Source: Octopus sinensis
Taxonomy: Eukaryota
Direction: 5' to 3'
Assembly: GCF_006345805.1 (NCBI RefSeq)
Contig: NC_043004.1
Span: 6,014,001 to 6,078,000 of the forward strand
DNA length: 64,000 nucleotides
The stretch's first letter is position 1. The number at the start of each line of letters is the position of its first letter. Position numbers and translations under genes: made by a program. The notes beneath the pieces are model-generated. The model was not told the origin of the DNA, did not search any database, and was given only the letters and a program-made list of their open reading frames with translations. Of this stretch, positions 12,693-27,059 are shown piece by piece.

Positions 12693-14317
12693 ATAAAATT
12701 AATAAACTTGTTTCAAATCTGCTCCATTTTAATTTTTTTAAATAAACATATAAAAGAGCAAGTATGTTTTATTTAATCCATAATAAATAAATGAAACATG
12801 CAGATTGCATACTAAAGAAAAATTTGACTCTTGAAGATGATGTTGGCTACATACATAGAATACCAAAGTAGCACCTAATTTTCTATTCTTTCATGGAGTG
12901 GATGATTTTATATTGCAGCACCTATTTTTACAATTGGGTGCCCTTCCTATTACTAATCACTCAATTTTGAAATAAACTAGTTTTTTTCTTACCCAATTAA
13001 CTAAAGTGAGCAGCCATATACATTGCTTAGAAGCACATCACAAGGGCTTTAATAAGATTTGAACCTACATATGATCAGAAGTTCAGCATCTTAACTTCTA
13101 CGGTCATCAACTTCATTAAGATATTTAAGTTTTTCCTATTATTAAGATATCTTGACTTTTGCTTATGCATTCATAATAATTTGTTTTACGTTGAAATATA
13201 TTAACTGTTTAACCTAACAGAATGGTATTGTTTATTAACCATTTGAATGGAATTAATATTGCTTATTGTCAGAATTGCGAGGATATTAAAATTATTATTT
13301 GGCATTATGGGTTTGTGTTCCATAAGCAGTCATTTATTTTTTTTTCTAACCCAATATTTCCATGCTAATGTTCATAGCTTTATCTGCCTTGAGATTCACT
13401 GTTTCAAAATTAGTAATTATATTTTACCTGTGAGACCATATATCACATCAAATACTTTTGTTCTATTATATATTTATCAATTTCCTGGTTAGAAGCAAAA
13501 GAGAAATTGATCTTATTGTTATAATATGCTAAAGAAGTTATAATGTTGTATTGTCCCCTCTATTATAGTCATAATTATTTTTCTCCACTCAGATTTTAAT
13601 TCCTATTTTCTTTTAGCCTCATAAACTACCGTATTAAATAAATTGCCATTAATTCTATTTATATTTTTATTACAGATATTTAAGTCTTATATTAATTGAG
13701 CAAATCTCATTGATAGACATTCGAAGATTATATTAGATTATCTCATTAAGCTGTTAGCTTATTTATATAAGAGAAATGATACTTTACCCCAGCAATTATA
13801 AGACAATTAAAATACACTGGAATAAATATTAAGCTTTTGAATATCAAACTTTAGACAGCTGTTAGACATAGAAGTATTAAAACATTTGTCACTGGTGGTG
13901 GATATGTATTAGAAGAAAATTGTTTTTTTCATTTTGCTTATATGCATGAGATTATTTTGCTTGACTGCACATGTTGACGTACTAACTGCTTAAGTCTGTA
14001 AAAATATATGGTATAAAAACATGCAGAAATGGAACCAAAAGATAAAACTTCCATAAAAGAAAATTTCTTCAAGGCATAACAGTATTTTCATCCTGGCAGG
14101 TATAAAATATTCACAAATTTAAATGCAGCTTATATTACACTATCGCTCTTATAATCTTGTCTACATTTAGAGAAAAGATTTCTGATGCATTAACTTAACA
14201 CTTTACAGCCATTTTACATCTAGTCTCATAATTGCTATTCAGTCTGTTTTTTTATATTTTTTTTTATTTTAGTCTCTGAATTAGTTAAGCGCTGAAGACA
14301 ATAATGACAAAGAACTA

Positions 14318-14504
14318 CCATATTTGACGGCATTTTAGATGCACCCCCTCCCATATCTCAAAAATATTACCCCAGGTCTTAAAAGTGAAGTTGGGCTTCT
14401 CATGAGCTAATTTTGTCCCTGACTCTCACTTTTTCTTGAATATGTACTGCTGAAAGTGGGATGTATCTAATATACTCGTATGTCTTTTATATCACCAAAT
14501 ACAG
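14318..14504. mobile_element. Tc2/pogo-like MITE, family copy 2
   Basis: ta|ccatatttgacggcattttagatgc ... gtcttttatatcaccaaatacag|ta. Confidence 0.65.
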
Positions 14505-14617
14505 TATGTCAAGTTAAAAGATAAACTGCTAACTGTTCACAATGAGCAAAATAGAAAATTTGTCAGAAGTAAGCTGAGTATGAAGTTATTTTTATCACTA
14601 CATTTCCTCTTAACCCC

Positions 14618-14988
14618 TTGTTACCTCTGCCTTAGTTAAGGCAGAGGTATTGTTTTCAGTTGCATTTGCTTGTTTGTCTGTGGACAAGATATCTCAAGAA
14701 CCACTGGATAGGTTTGGATGAAACTTTCAGGGATATTTGGCCTCATGACTAGCATGAACTGATTAGATTTTGGGATCAATCCAGTACCAGACAAGGACTC
14801 TGGATTATTTTTCCTGTATTTTTTTACTTAATTTTTGAGAGCAGTCGGGTTCATTTTTAGTATTTTTGTTTGAGAGAGCAGTCGAGTTTATTTCATATAT
14901 TCTCATTTTAAAAATCATCTCTGGTTAATCACTGAAAGGATGTTGGTGTTGTCTTGGTGGAGGTTTGCACTCTCTGAGTGGTCTTGTT
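14618..14988 (+). mobile_element. Helentron-associated (HINE/DINE-like) non-autonomous element, copy 1
   Basis: 5' hairpin acctctgcctta-gt-taaggcagaggt, gtttgtctgt microsatellite, 3' subterminal ggtggagg plus small hairpin cactctctgagtg; homologous to 54977-55340. Confidence 0.65.
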
Positions 14989-15084
14989 GTTATTAACTTG
15001 CTTATACATCTCAAAGGCGGTCTGTCATTAGAAAGTAGTTAGCAAGCAGATTAGCTACAAGTGAGGTAAAATTGGTTTCTTTTT

Positions 15085-15412
15085 TCTTTAGCCATTGGAC
15101 TGTGGCCATGCTGGGGAACCACCTTGAAAGGTTTAGTTGAATAAATCAACCCTTGTATTTATTCTATTGGTCTCTTTTGCCAGACCACTAGGTTACAGGA
15201 ACATAAGCAAACCAAAATTGGTTGTCAAGTGGTGAAGGGGTAGAAAAGCATAAGGAGAGAGACACACACACACACGACTTCCACACAGTTTCCATCCATC
15301 AAATTCACTCTCAAGGTATTACTTGGCCCAGAGCTATAGTAAAGGATACTTGCTGAAGGTGTTGCAGAGTGGGACTGAACACGAAACCATATGGTTGCAG
15401 AGTGAATTTCAT
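15085..15412 (-). mobile_element. SINE family A
   Basis: gactgtggccatgctgg...gggactgaacacgaaaccatatggttg. Confidence 0.7.
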
Positions 15413-15634
15413 GCAGAAATGGAACCGAGACTTTCTTCCAACAGAGACTATATGAAAAGTAAATAACATGAAGTTGCATGTGTGTTTCTGCAGCTTCTTA
15501 AAATGGAACATTAATTAGGATTTGCTGCAGTAATTTTAGTGAACTGTAGTGAACTTATTCCAAATGGAGAGACAAGTGTCCCATTAACTGTCATTAATTT
15601 GTGTGAAAGCTGTCGTTAAAGCTGTGTCTATATA

Positions 15635-15996
15635 CCATATTTGATGAGGTGTAAGATGCTTTTGTACTTTTTCCCCCAAAAAATGTCTCCAAAAAAATCA
15701 TGCTGGGTCCTATATGCAGAGTTGAACTTTCCATAAACTAATTTTGTCACTGATGCTCACTACGATAGGCTAATTTTAACCAAGACAGTCTCTTTTACCT
15801 AGTCTGACTTCATAATAATAACATTTACTTAAATATTATTATTATTATTTGTACTGTAATGATTTGTAATGCACTGCTAGATTGTTTTAAATATTACATG
15901 CTTTAATGCACAAAAAAACTTTATTTCCTCAATATGTGCTGCTGAAATTGGATTATGTCTAATATACCCATATGTCTTTTATGCCATCAAATACAG
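15635..15996. mobile_element. Tc2/pogo-like MITE, family copy 3
   Basis: ta|ccatatttgatgaggtgtaagatgc ... gtcttttatgccatcaaatacag. Confidence 0.6.
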
Positions 15997-16344
15997 TTAT
16001 ATTGATATAGGTCTTTTGAAATATGTTAAAGCAAAACTTTCTCTGTTTTATGCTTGTTTTTTCCAATGTTTAATATGATCTCCATAAGCCTAGTTTGTGT
16101 TATTTGACGCTATTCCAAAATTATTGAATGTTATTTATGTAGACAATATGGTAACATTTTTTTTTACATATTTATTGCCAAATGGAAGTAATTTTTTACT
16201 TGATAGAAAACGGTTGGCTTTCATTAATAGATAATAGATACAAGCATGGCTATGTAGCTAAGGTCTTTGAGTTGTAGTTACATAGTTCCAGATTTAATGG
16301 AGCTGCTGCTGCTGCTACTACTACTACCACTACTACTGCTACTT

Positions 16345-16735
16345 CTTAAGCCCTTCACTCCCTATGGAGCATAGACCATCAATGACTTTTCTCCACTGTT
16401 CTCATTTCTGGGCTGTCTCTTCTGCTTTTGCTTTTCCAGCTCTGTTTATTTTTGGATCTTGTTGCACCTCATCATATGCCTTCCTAAAGGAAGGAATTCT
16501 ATTCCTAGATCTTGTTGGTTTTGAATTGTCATTGATGCTTCAATTGCTTGCTTTTTTTTTTCTATGTAGGGTGTTGCTTCTATGCAAAGCCATTTTTACC
16601 TCTGGGAAGAGACGGTCCATATTAGTCTGGCCTCTATCCTTTGATCTGTCCAGCTTGGGAGGCCCTTCTAGGAGCTTGCGATCTGCTGGCATAGTTCTCA
16701 AAGCCATTAAGATACATAAGCCGCTACACTGAAAC
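16345..16735 (-). mobile_element. Decayed fragment of a second RTE-type family (3' end plus UTR-like segment)
   Basis: Minus strand ends ...ggtctatgctccatagggagtgaagggcttaa followed by a (GTA)n/(GCA)n-like tail, resembling RTE C-termini. Confidence 0.5.
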
Positions 16736-19700
16736 AAGGACTAGATCTTGAGGTGAACCTTGGACAAGTAATTTCTCTTATTACCTCCGGCTGGCCAATA
16801 CCTTATTAGCAGAATTTGATAGAAACTATGTAGTAACCCATTTTTGTGTGTCTGTTTTTTTTTTACACAGGCCTAAAAAAACTGGTGTCCTTTATGTAAT
16901 GTAAAGGATTGATAAACAGATATCAGAAAAATGTGTACTAGACCAAAATAAGTTACTGGGGTCAATAACCTTCACTAAACCTTGATTGTAGAAACTAAAA
17001 CCAGTAAAAGGATTTTAGAAAGAAGTAATGTAGCTTTTTACATATTCTTGAGAATTTTTTGTTTTTAATTTTAATAATTCTTATTCTGATGGATGAAAAA
17101 AATGGTCAGATATACTAATCTTATGCTTGACTACCTGGAAAATTCCAACAGTATTGAAAAAGGGTGATGAGGAATCTGCTTATTACACTGTCAACTGCAG
17201 AGAGTACAGATTCATTTTTTCTGTACACTTCTACTATTATAACAACTTGTATTTGTAGTAGCATTCACCCAGGGTGGTTTGAGCCAACTACAATGAGTTC
17301 ATATTCAGAGCTTAAGGGGGAAGAATATAAGTTCACATATGGTCCTTGGTTACATGTATACACACTTTGGGATGGTGTGATCCATTGCAGATCATATTGC
17401 CATTGATAATCAGAGCAGATGTGGCTAGGGTTTAAAGCAGCTTCTAGAGACATGCTTTGACAAAAGCTAAGGGCTGCCTCACTCTCAGTGGTCTCTTGAC
17501 AGGCCAAACACCAATCCAGAATTTCTGAGAGCCCATGTTATATTACCATGTTACTGTAACAACTGCTCAACCAAATGTTTTTACTTCATTGCAGCTATGC
17601 TTCCTACTTTGCACATATGTCTGCACACACATGCACACGTTTTTTTTCTTTTTTCTTATCAGTTAACTGCTTAAACATCTTGTACTAAAACAATGCAATC
17701 CTTAGCTCCCAAATTTAATTTCTTTTCAAGTCATTAGCAATTCAAATGAAGTTTTTACAACACTGACTTTAGTATGATTTTCTTTTCCTTAACATTAGGG
17801 AAGCCTCTACACATGCTGTAATTGCAACCTTCCCTCTTTGGAACAGCTTTAAAAAAAATTAAATGGTTGTTATTGTAGCTTAAAGTTCAGATTATAGTCA
17901 TTAGTAAAGCCATAGTTGGACTCAGTGCTGAAAATAGTTGTTATTCTTCATTATACATTGAAATTTATTATATTATAGAATATTGATATTCTATTGCTTT
18001 GATTGTTTTGTATGAATTGGGAAAAGTTCAAAAGAATTAATATAAACTAAATTCTGGGAACAGGTCGATAAATTATTCTTGTTTCATTCTATATTGAATC
18101 CAGTTCAATATATCTCTGCATTTAATATTAGACTACACTCTCTCCATTATTCTAACCAACTACCAAACTGTATATGTGCATGAAATGCATTCTTTAGCAA
18201 ATATTAACAGGGCAAAAGCAGCCTTTATTTGTTTGTGCGAGAGATAGTAGCGAAAAAAAAAGTGAATACTAGTGTCTGCAATTGTTTAACATTGTTAAAA
18301 TGTTAAATATTTATTGAAGTTGCATGGCATTATAGCTGATAAATTTTGTTCATTGATTGTCTCCTTTAATTATTTTTTCTTCTGAAGCCTGCATTCATTA
18401 AATATGCTCGTTTAATATAACTTCATTTATTTGGACAATTTTCAACCTGTATGTTCTAGTACATGTCAAGCCAGTGTGGCAGAGTAAACTCATCAAACCA
18501 GTACGATCTTAAGTTCAGTTTTCCAGCCTCAACATCAGACTGTGGTTGGTGGGGAAAACATGCTGAGGCCTTCATCCTGCAGTGACTAAATATAGGCAAC
18601 ACAATCCAATCTAAAAATGTTCTTGTACTTTATTTACTTTCCCTAAGGCAGCAAGAGGCAAAATTGTTAGCACACCAGACAAATGCTTGGCAGTATTTGT
18701 CCTGGCTTTAAGCTCTGAGGTCAAATGCCACTGATGTCAACTTCACATTTCATCCTTTTGGGGTCAATAAAGTAAAGAACCAGTCAAAAACTACTTTCCT
18801 TGCTTCTTCTCCCTAAATCTGCTGGCTTTGAGCCAAAATTTGAAGCAGTTATTTATTTTACCTATTTAGTTAATTTGGCAAATTTTCTAATCAAAAAGCT
18901 ATTTCTATTAAGAATATTTCTACAATTCTTTTTCCTTTTGTTATAAGATTTTTTTTTTTTATTTGCTATATATATAACTGTAGTTGATGATTACTGAGAA
19001 TGTTGGACTAAAGTTAATTATTCAATTCAATTATTTTGTTTATTGATAGTTTAAAACTACTCTCACTTGTAAGAAATAATGAATGAATCCCTAGAAAATA
19101 AAATTTACTGTGGTTAAGCTATTAAATCTGTTAGTGAAAGTATTTAGATATCAATAGTGGCCAAACTGTGACTCACAAGCAGCATGCAGCTGTCAAAGCT
19201 ACTATATGCAATACCTTAGATAGTATTCCTGCGTCCTGTTATGCAGGAGGTCCCATGAAGGAGTGCATCCACCGGGTGGCAGATGGTGGGACAGAAACAA
19301 GTATGTGCCTATAAAACACAGACGCTGGGACTGGATTGAACATGTCCTCAGAAAAGATCGAGAAAGCAATTTTATGGTGGCACTAAATTAGCAGCTTGAG
19401 GGGCCCTAAAACCACATGGTGAAAAACCATTGACAAGGAAAGGAGATGAGGACAGAGAAGCTGGAATGAGACCAGAACAGTGTTGTGGCCTTTATTGTGT
19501 GTCATGGCACAGAGAGAACTAAAATAACATTAGGTTTCAGTGTTATTTTTCTTTGAACAACTTTAATATTGTACCAGCTAGATTTTTTTGAAATCCGCCC
19601 CCACAAAAAAAACCCCTCAATATAAGCCTTCAATGAATAGATTTATCAATATAATTTAGTAAAACTATGTAGTGGTTATTTTCTTAACTCCACACTTAAC

Positions 19701-20544
19701 ACAGAGTGCACTGTGTGCATTTTATTGTGATACCAGCACTAGGAAGGTTAAGAATGAGAGAGAGTGATAGATAGTTAAAGATAGTTAAATGGTGAGGGTG
19801 AATGATAGACATCAATACCAAATAACATAAGTGTGTGTGTGTGGTGGGGCAGTGTATGTAAAGTATATAGGGTACATGCATATATGATGAGGACCATGAA
19901 GAATAGTAATTTTTTTTAATGCTATATTGTAATTTTTTAACAATAGTGGTGTTATGTTTCCTACAAACCAATCACTGGTTCATTAAATTTATGATGATAA
20001 GAGGGACAAGGGAGTGTCTAACACAAGGCTGATCAAATATCTGAAGGGATTTAATTTGCACAGCACCAGCCTTTTGTTTTCTTATAGATATTTACATCCT
20101 TCACCAATAAGCATATGTAGACAAACACATACTTGCATGCACGCTCCCCCCCCCACACACACACATGCACACGTGTGTGTGTGTACACCACAGTTTCCAT
20201 CCACCAAATTCACTAACAAGGTATTGGTCATCTCAGGGCTGTAGTAGAAAACATTTGTCCAAAGTGTCAGACAATGAGATTGAACCCAGAACTACATGAT
20301 TCCAAAATGAACTTCATAACCATATAATCTTATCTGTGCCAATAGGTTAGAATTACTATTTAATACATGGAGTATGTAAAAAAAATAACTACCCAGAAAT
20401 AATTCTATATATAATAGTTGTAAATTAAATGCATGACATCATTCAGTTTTGATTTAACCCTTTTGATTTAAATCTTTGCCTGTCCAAAGCATTTTCATAA
20501 ATTTATCCTAAACATCCATGCTTATTTGCAAGACACTAAACTCT

Positions 20545-21050
20545 GCTTGTGAAGACCTGTTGAGGCAGGTGAAATCGAAATCAAATTTGATGCCAGCACC
20601 GCATGACTGGCATCTGTGCTAGTGGAGCACTAAGAGCATCATCCAAGTGTGATCGTTACCAGGGTCGCTGACTAGCCCCCATGTTGGTGGCACGTAAAAA
20701 ACACCATTCGACTGTGATCGTCACCAGCTTTGCCTTACTGGCACTTGTGCCAGTGGTATGTGAAAAACAACACTTGAGCATGGTCATTACCAGTGCCGCT
20801 GGACTGGCTCCTGTACAGGTGACACTTAAAAACACCATTTGAGCGTGGTTGTTGCCAGTACCACCTGACTGGCTCTTGTGCCGGTGACACATAAAAGCAC
20901 CCACTACACTCTCGGAGAGGAAGGGCATCCAGCTGTAGAAACTCTGCCAGATCAGATTGGAGCCTGGTGCAGCCATCTGGCTCACCAGTCCCCAGTCAAA
21001 CCATCCAACCCATGCCAGCATGGAAAGCGGATGTTAAATGATGATGATGA
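20545..21050 (+). mobile_element. Family C / RTE 3' UTR fragment
   Basis: Multiple ~60-bp units, then ggaagggcatccagctgtagaa...gatgatgatg. Confidence 0.8.
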
Positions 21051-22186
21051 GTAATATAAAGCTTTCCTTTCAATAGTTTCAAGTTACTCTGGTGGGTGAA
21101 AAAGAATAGGGAATGCATATCATGTATAATGCATAGATGTCAGGGAAATATGTGGAGGTGCCTGGCTTAGTAGTTAGGGTGTTGGACTCATTCATGATTG
21201 TACGATTGTGGTTTCAATTACTGTACCAGGTGACGAGCTGTGTTCTTGTGCAAAACACTTCATTTTATGTTGCTCCAGTTCACTTGCCTGGTAAAAATGA
21301 GTAATCCTGTAATGGACCAGTGTCCTGTTCAGGAAATATATACATCAGAGAAACTTAGGAAACTGGCCTTATGCTTTTCATGGAATAATGTAGACTAACC
21401 ATCACATGTGATACACAGGACATACAAAGGGTTGAAGTGAACTGACACAACAGACCTGCAACTGTTGTTGAGCAAGATAAGTCTTTTCAGTTAAAGATCA
21501 TGTAAAAAGATCAATGATTTTTAAACTGTTGGGCATTTGTCTTATTCACTTTATCCCTGTATCATGAGTTTCTTTTCTTAAAAAAAAATCAACAAAAATG
21601 AAACGAAAACCTGAATGAGGAGTGTTTCAGTTGAAAGGATGATACTTAAACCAATGAAAAATATGCCTTGGTAAAATGACTAACAAGTACGCTAGCAACT
21701 CTGGAGAATAGCCCAATGTGATGCATAATAATAATTTATTACAGATGTAGTTGGCAGTGCAGATACTGCAAGCTGCAGAGATGAAAGTTACAAGCTGCAA
21801 GGATGATTTCATTTGAAGCATTGAAAATTCCAATACTTAGATGCCTCTTTGGCTATGTGCAGGACACTGATAAAATGCTGAACAATGTTATGTTACATCT
21901 TATCACATTAGATCAGTTAAATTTCTGATTTAACATAATTGTGTTATGCCTCTTATTAAAGAGTGTTATTAAAGAGAGCAATTAATAACTTGATGTTTAT
22001 TCTACCATCCCAGCCAGTACTTTCTTCAGATGATGTGATTGGCTGTGTGGTTAAGAAGTTTGCTTTGCAACCATGTAGTTTTAGGCTCAGTCCCACTGTG
22101 TGCAACTTTGGGCAAGTGTTTTGTACTACAGCTCTGGGCTGGTCAATGTCTTGTGAGGGAATTTGGTAGTTAGAAACATATATATT

Positions 22187-22555
22187 TCTTTTACTTGTTT
22201 CAGTCATTTGATTGCAGCCATGCTGGAGCACCACCTTTAGTTGAACAAATCAACCCTAGGACTTATTTTTTGTAAGCCTAGTACTTATTCTATCGGTCTC
22301 TTTTGCTGAGCCACTAAGTTACAGGGACATATAAACACACCAACATTGGTTGTCAAGCAATGGTGGAGGAACAAACACACATGCAAATACATATATATAT
22401 ATATAATGGGCTTCTTTCAGTTTCCATCTACCAAATCCACTCACAAGGCTTTGGTTGGGCCGAGGCTTTAGTAGAAAGTACTTGACCAAGGTGCCACGCA
22501 TGGGACTGAACCTGGAACCATGTGGTTGGGAAGCAAGCTTCTTACCACACAGCCA
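22187..22555 (-). mobile_element. SINE family A nested antisense in an older + copy (22040-22752)
   Basis: + head at 22040-22185 and + 3' half at 22560-22752 flank a complete - copy. Confidence 0.8.
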
Positions 22556-25500
22556 TATATGTATATATGTGTAAGAGTCTTTTTGTTTTCCATTCTACTG
22601 CTTGATAACTGATATAGCTTTGTTTACATCCCTGAAACTTAGCAGTTCTGCAAAAGAGATTGAAAGAATAAGTACTGGGGTTGATTTCACTAAACCTTTT
22701 AAGGCAGTGCCCCAACATGGCTGCAGCCCAATGACTGAAACGAGTAAAAAGTATTAAGTATTGTTTAATCGAGGCAATTTATTTGACAGCATCTTCCCAT
22801 ACAACAGCTCCTGTTCTCATAACACTCTGGTACCTCATGTTAACTAACTGATCACAGTTGTGCTAACTCTATACTGACAACTCTTCAAAGCAAATGTACT
22901 TCACCTCTGACCTCTGATCCATCTAAAACAGCTAAGATAGTAATTGATGTAATCCTTCTTAGTCTCTCCAAATCCAGCATATAGTCAAAGCCCTCAACTC
23001 GGTTCAAGTAATTGACACAGCTGCCCACAATACACCAGAAATTTATTCACAATCACCAACTGGGAGTTAGTTATTCACACTCCATTGCATTATTGTGTAT
23101 CAGATAACCTGTAAAATTCCCCCTCACCTCCCATATTGTAACTGGTGCTTAACCAAGAGGATCTCTTAAATTCTCAGAATGCTCCTACCCAACTTCTCTA
23201 AGCACAACATAGAGATGGCAAAGCTATCAGACATGTTGCTTATATTTGCTTTCAATTCTGCAAGCATGCATGTGTGCATAAACATGCATGTGCACACAAA
23301 ATCTGCAAGCATACACACTATATATGCAAACTGTCTATGCACACACACAAAGTATGCAAGCACACACACTACACACACATTTTCAGGTTGCACATGCTCA
23401 CACACATGCATTTTCATTGTGCTTTCACACACACACATTTCACTATTTTGCTGTCATGAAATATGAAACCTTCTTCAGTCCCTCAACCCCACCAAGGTCT
23501 ATATTTCTGGTGGGGTTTTCTGGCATTACCTTCAAACATTATGTTTCTAAGCCAGTTATTATGCTCACTAAACTCTTCACTTTTCCTTTCTCTATGGAAA
23601 TTTACATCAATCTATAGAAGCATGTGACAGTCTTAACTGTATTAAAAAAAAAATTGAAGAATACTGACTTGCAATTCCAGCTTCCTTCCAACATCTAAAA
23701 GGTGATGGAGACAGGCACTTCCTTGAGTTGTCTTTTCTCAATAATCATTTTATCTATTTATTTATTTTTCATTCCTTTGGTGACAGATTTACTTGATCTG
23801 TTTTCTGCTATCATGCATCAGTGTTCTCTCACTGACAAAAGAAAATATTTTGGTTATCAACAAAACCTTTTACAGTTCTTAGAAGTTGAGTTGCCAACCT
23901 ATGGGTTCAATCTGTTTGTCACATATTGGATTGGAAGTTCTCTATCAGATACTTCATTGCACCACGTGTCAATAAGCTCTCCCTGATTCACATTCTATCA
24001 ACCTTGGTGTGCTGCAGAGTTTGATTATAATTACCACATAGACTGCATGGCACCTTGGACAAGTGACTTTTTTTATAACCTTAGATTGATCAATACTTTG
24101 TTTGCAAAATTTGACTGATAGAAACTATTCAGTAAACCATTGTGTGTGTGTGTGTTTTTGTCTCTTTACACAGGTCTAATAATAAAAAATAATTTTAAAA
24201 AATCTGGTGTCGTTTATGCTGTGTCATAAGTGCAATCCCATGGTCATCAGATGTAACAAAGGAATATTTTGCTTGGCCGGCAGAAGGACAAAACTCTGAA
24301 GTCCAAATATGAAAATATTTCATCATTAGCAAAAAATGTTGTTGCAACAAATAACAGAAAAAGATATTTACACTGAGTGAATCAGTTTGTGCATGTCAGT
24401 GAGAGATGTGTGTGTCTGCAATGATCATTGCCATCAAGTTTCATAGCCAAGCAAGTGATGCATTCTTGCAGTGAGTTGGTTTTTAGCTGTGTTATGACCA
24501 CTGGTCAATTGCCAAACAAATGAACTCTCTATACTTAATAGGTTGTCAAAGATAAAGCACCAAAGACAAGATCATTAATGACATTTTAGTATTTTGTTGA
24601 TCAGAAAGTAGTTGTTTACAATTAATAGTATTCTAATGAGTTGAGCATCTAAGTTTTTTTATATATTTTTTATCCTGGTCAACTAGCTACTGATAAAAAC
24701 AAGTTCTTAATGTTTCTACCAAAGATCTGAATGGCTAGTCACTTGCTGACGTTATCAGTCCTTGACAGATTCCTATTTGATGTTTTAAGTTAATTTCACC
24801 TCTGAACACAGTTATTTTGATTTCAATTCCTAGGCAGTAGTTTGGTGTCTGGAACTCTACCAAAATTTCCGCCAAAGATTAAATCAATATTTAAATAAAA
24901 CTTTTAAGTATGATGGCATGAACTTTGATATGATGAAAACATTTTTTAATGATTTTATTCTATTGCTTTCAAATAAGTTTCTGTCTTTTATGAAAGTTTA
25001 AAATTGCAAGTTTATAGTGGAAAATAGAGTGAATACAGATGTAACAGAAGCATTGTCCCTTCAAAAGCTGATTGGAAATTTCACCAATTAAATATTCAAA
25101 AACAAAACAAAAAACAAAAACAAATATGGATAAATTTATTGATATTTATGGGCACAGGCATATCTGTGTAGTGAAGAAGCCTGATTTGCAACCATCTGAT
25201 TTTGGGTTCAGTCCCACGTTGCTGAACCTTGGGCAAGTATCTTCTACTATAGCTCTGGATCAACTAATGCATTGTAAATAAATTTAGTAAATGGAAACTG
25301 TGTGGAAGTCCATGTGTGTTTCTGTTGTGGTTGTGTAACTTAGCCCCTTACAAACTGATAACTGATGTTGATTTGTTTATGTCCCCACAATTTAGTAGTT
25401 TGGCAAATGAGACCAACAGAACAAATAGCAGACTGTAACATAGAATAAGTACTGGTGTTGATTTGTTCAACTAAACTTTTTCTATAATTGAAAAGATTCA

Positions 25501-27059
25501 GCTTTGTTACAGACTGTCCCACTGATATGATCTTAAAATTACAGTAAGGGTAGCTGTGTCTGGGGTGTGAGATACAACAAAAACACATCTGTCAAACACA
25601 TATTTGTCAAAAATGTATTAATTAGAAATTTGTCACAAACATATTGACCAGAAGATAGATTGGCAAAAAGACATTTGTAGTAAAGTCAAATTAGTTGTTA
25701 AACAAATTGATCAAAACATATTAGTGAACATCAAAAACAAATTCGTAGAAAAAAACAACAACATATAAATACATTGAAAACTAATCTTTCACTAATTTAT
25801 TCTTAGTGATAGAACAAATTACTTTTTCTTAATGAAATAGATTTTCAATTTATTTTCAGGTAGTTTGTTTATATAAATAAACTAAATAAAAATAGAAATA
25901 TATAAAAACTTAATATTCACTATTTTTAAATAACTTATTGTAATATTAACATGATAAAAACAAACAATTTTTAAAATTAAATTATTTTCAATTACTTTTT
26001 GAGTATGTGTGTACATGTGTGCACATCTGTTTGTTATGTAAAGTGTATGATAGAAACATTTAAATATAATTTTCTTAGTGATCATCATTGTCATTTAACA
26101 TCCATTTTTCCCTGCTGGCATGGGTTGGACAGTTTGACAGGATCCAGCAAGCTTCAGGGCTGTACCAACTTCCAGTATCAGCTTTGGCATAGTTTCTACA
26201 GCTGGATGCCCTTCCTAATGTCAACTACCTTACAGTGTGTAGTGGGTGCTTTTTTTTGTGCCACTGGTACTTGTGACATTGCCAAGTAAGTTGGAAAACA
26301 GAAAAGAACTGGAAAGAAAAAGTGAAATGCCCCCATGACCAAGTGGGGGGTATGGGTGGATATAGCAATAATAGGGAATATTAACATTGGCACATCACCC
26401 CAACTTTTGGGGTGGATTATAGTTTAGTTATATTCAATAATTTGGCTGGTCACATCTATCTGTATCCATATGTACAGATATGTATGTATGTATCTGTGTA
26501 TCATTTGACTGCAGCCATACTGGAGCACCACCTTTAGTCGAACAAACCAACCCCAGGAGTTATTCTTTGTAAGCCTTTTTGCCATTATCTATTTCTTGTA
26601 ACCCCTACTGATTATTTTCTTTTCCCCAGTTTCTTCTACTAGATGTGAGTAGCCATGCAAATAGATCCCTTTACAAGAACTTGCTCTGACCCCCTCTTTC
26701 CATAGTAATCCCCTCGTCTCCTTGCATTAAGCTGACTCCACCTCCAGGATTTGTAGTCCTGCAAACTGCATGACAACCTCAATACTGCAGGTAGCACAAA
26801 AAGAGCACCTAAAGTGGTTGTTAGGAAGGGCATCCAGCTGTAGAAACCATGCCAAAGCATATATTGGAGCACACTGTAGTTCTTGTATTCATGAGATCCT
26901 GTCAAATGGTCCAGTCCATGCCAATGTGGAACATGGACGTTAAATGATGAACATACTCACTCATACACACACACACACACACACACACCACACCACACCA
27001 CACCACACACACACACTACTACCCATTTCTTTGAAAGTTATTAAAATTTCTTAACATTC

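Noticed and set aside
19155-19510. hAT-like element
   Set aside because: One end resembles a CpG-decayed hAT terminus, but no partner TIR or TSD could be established.
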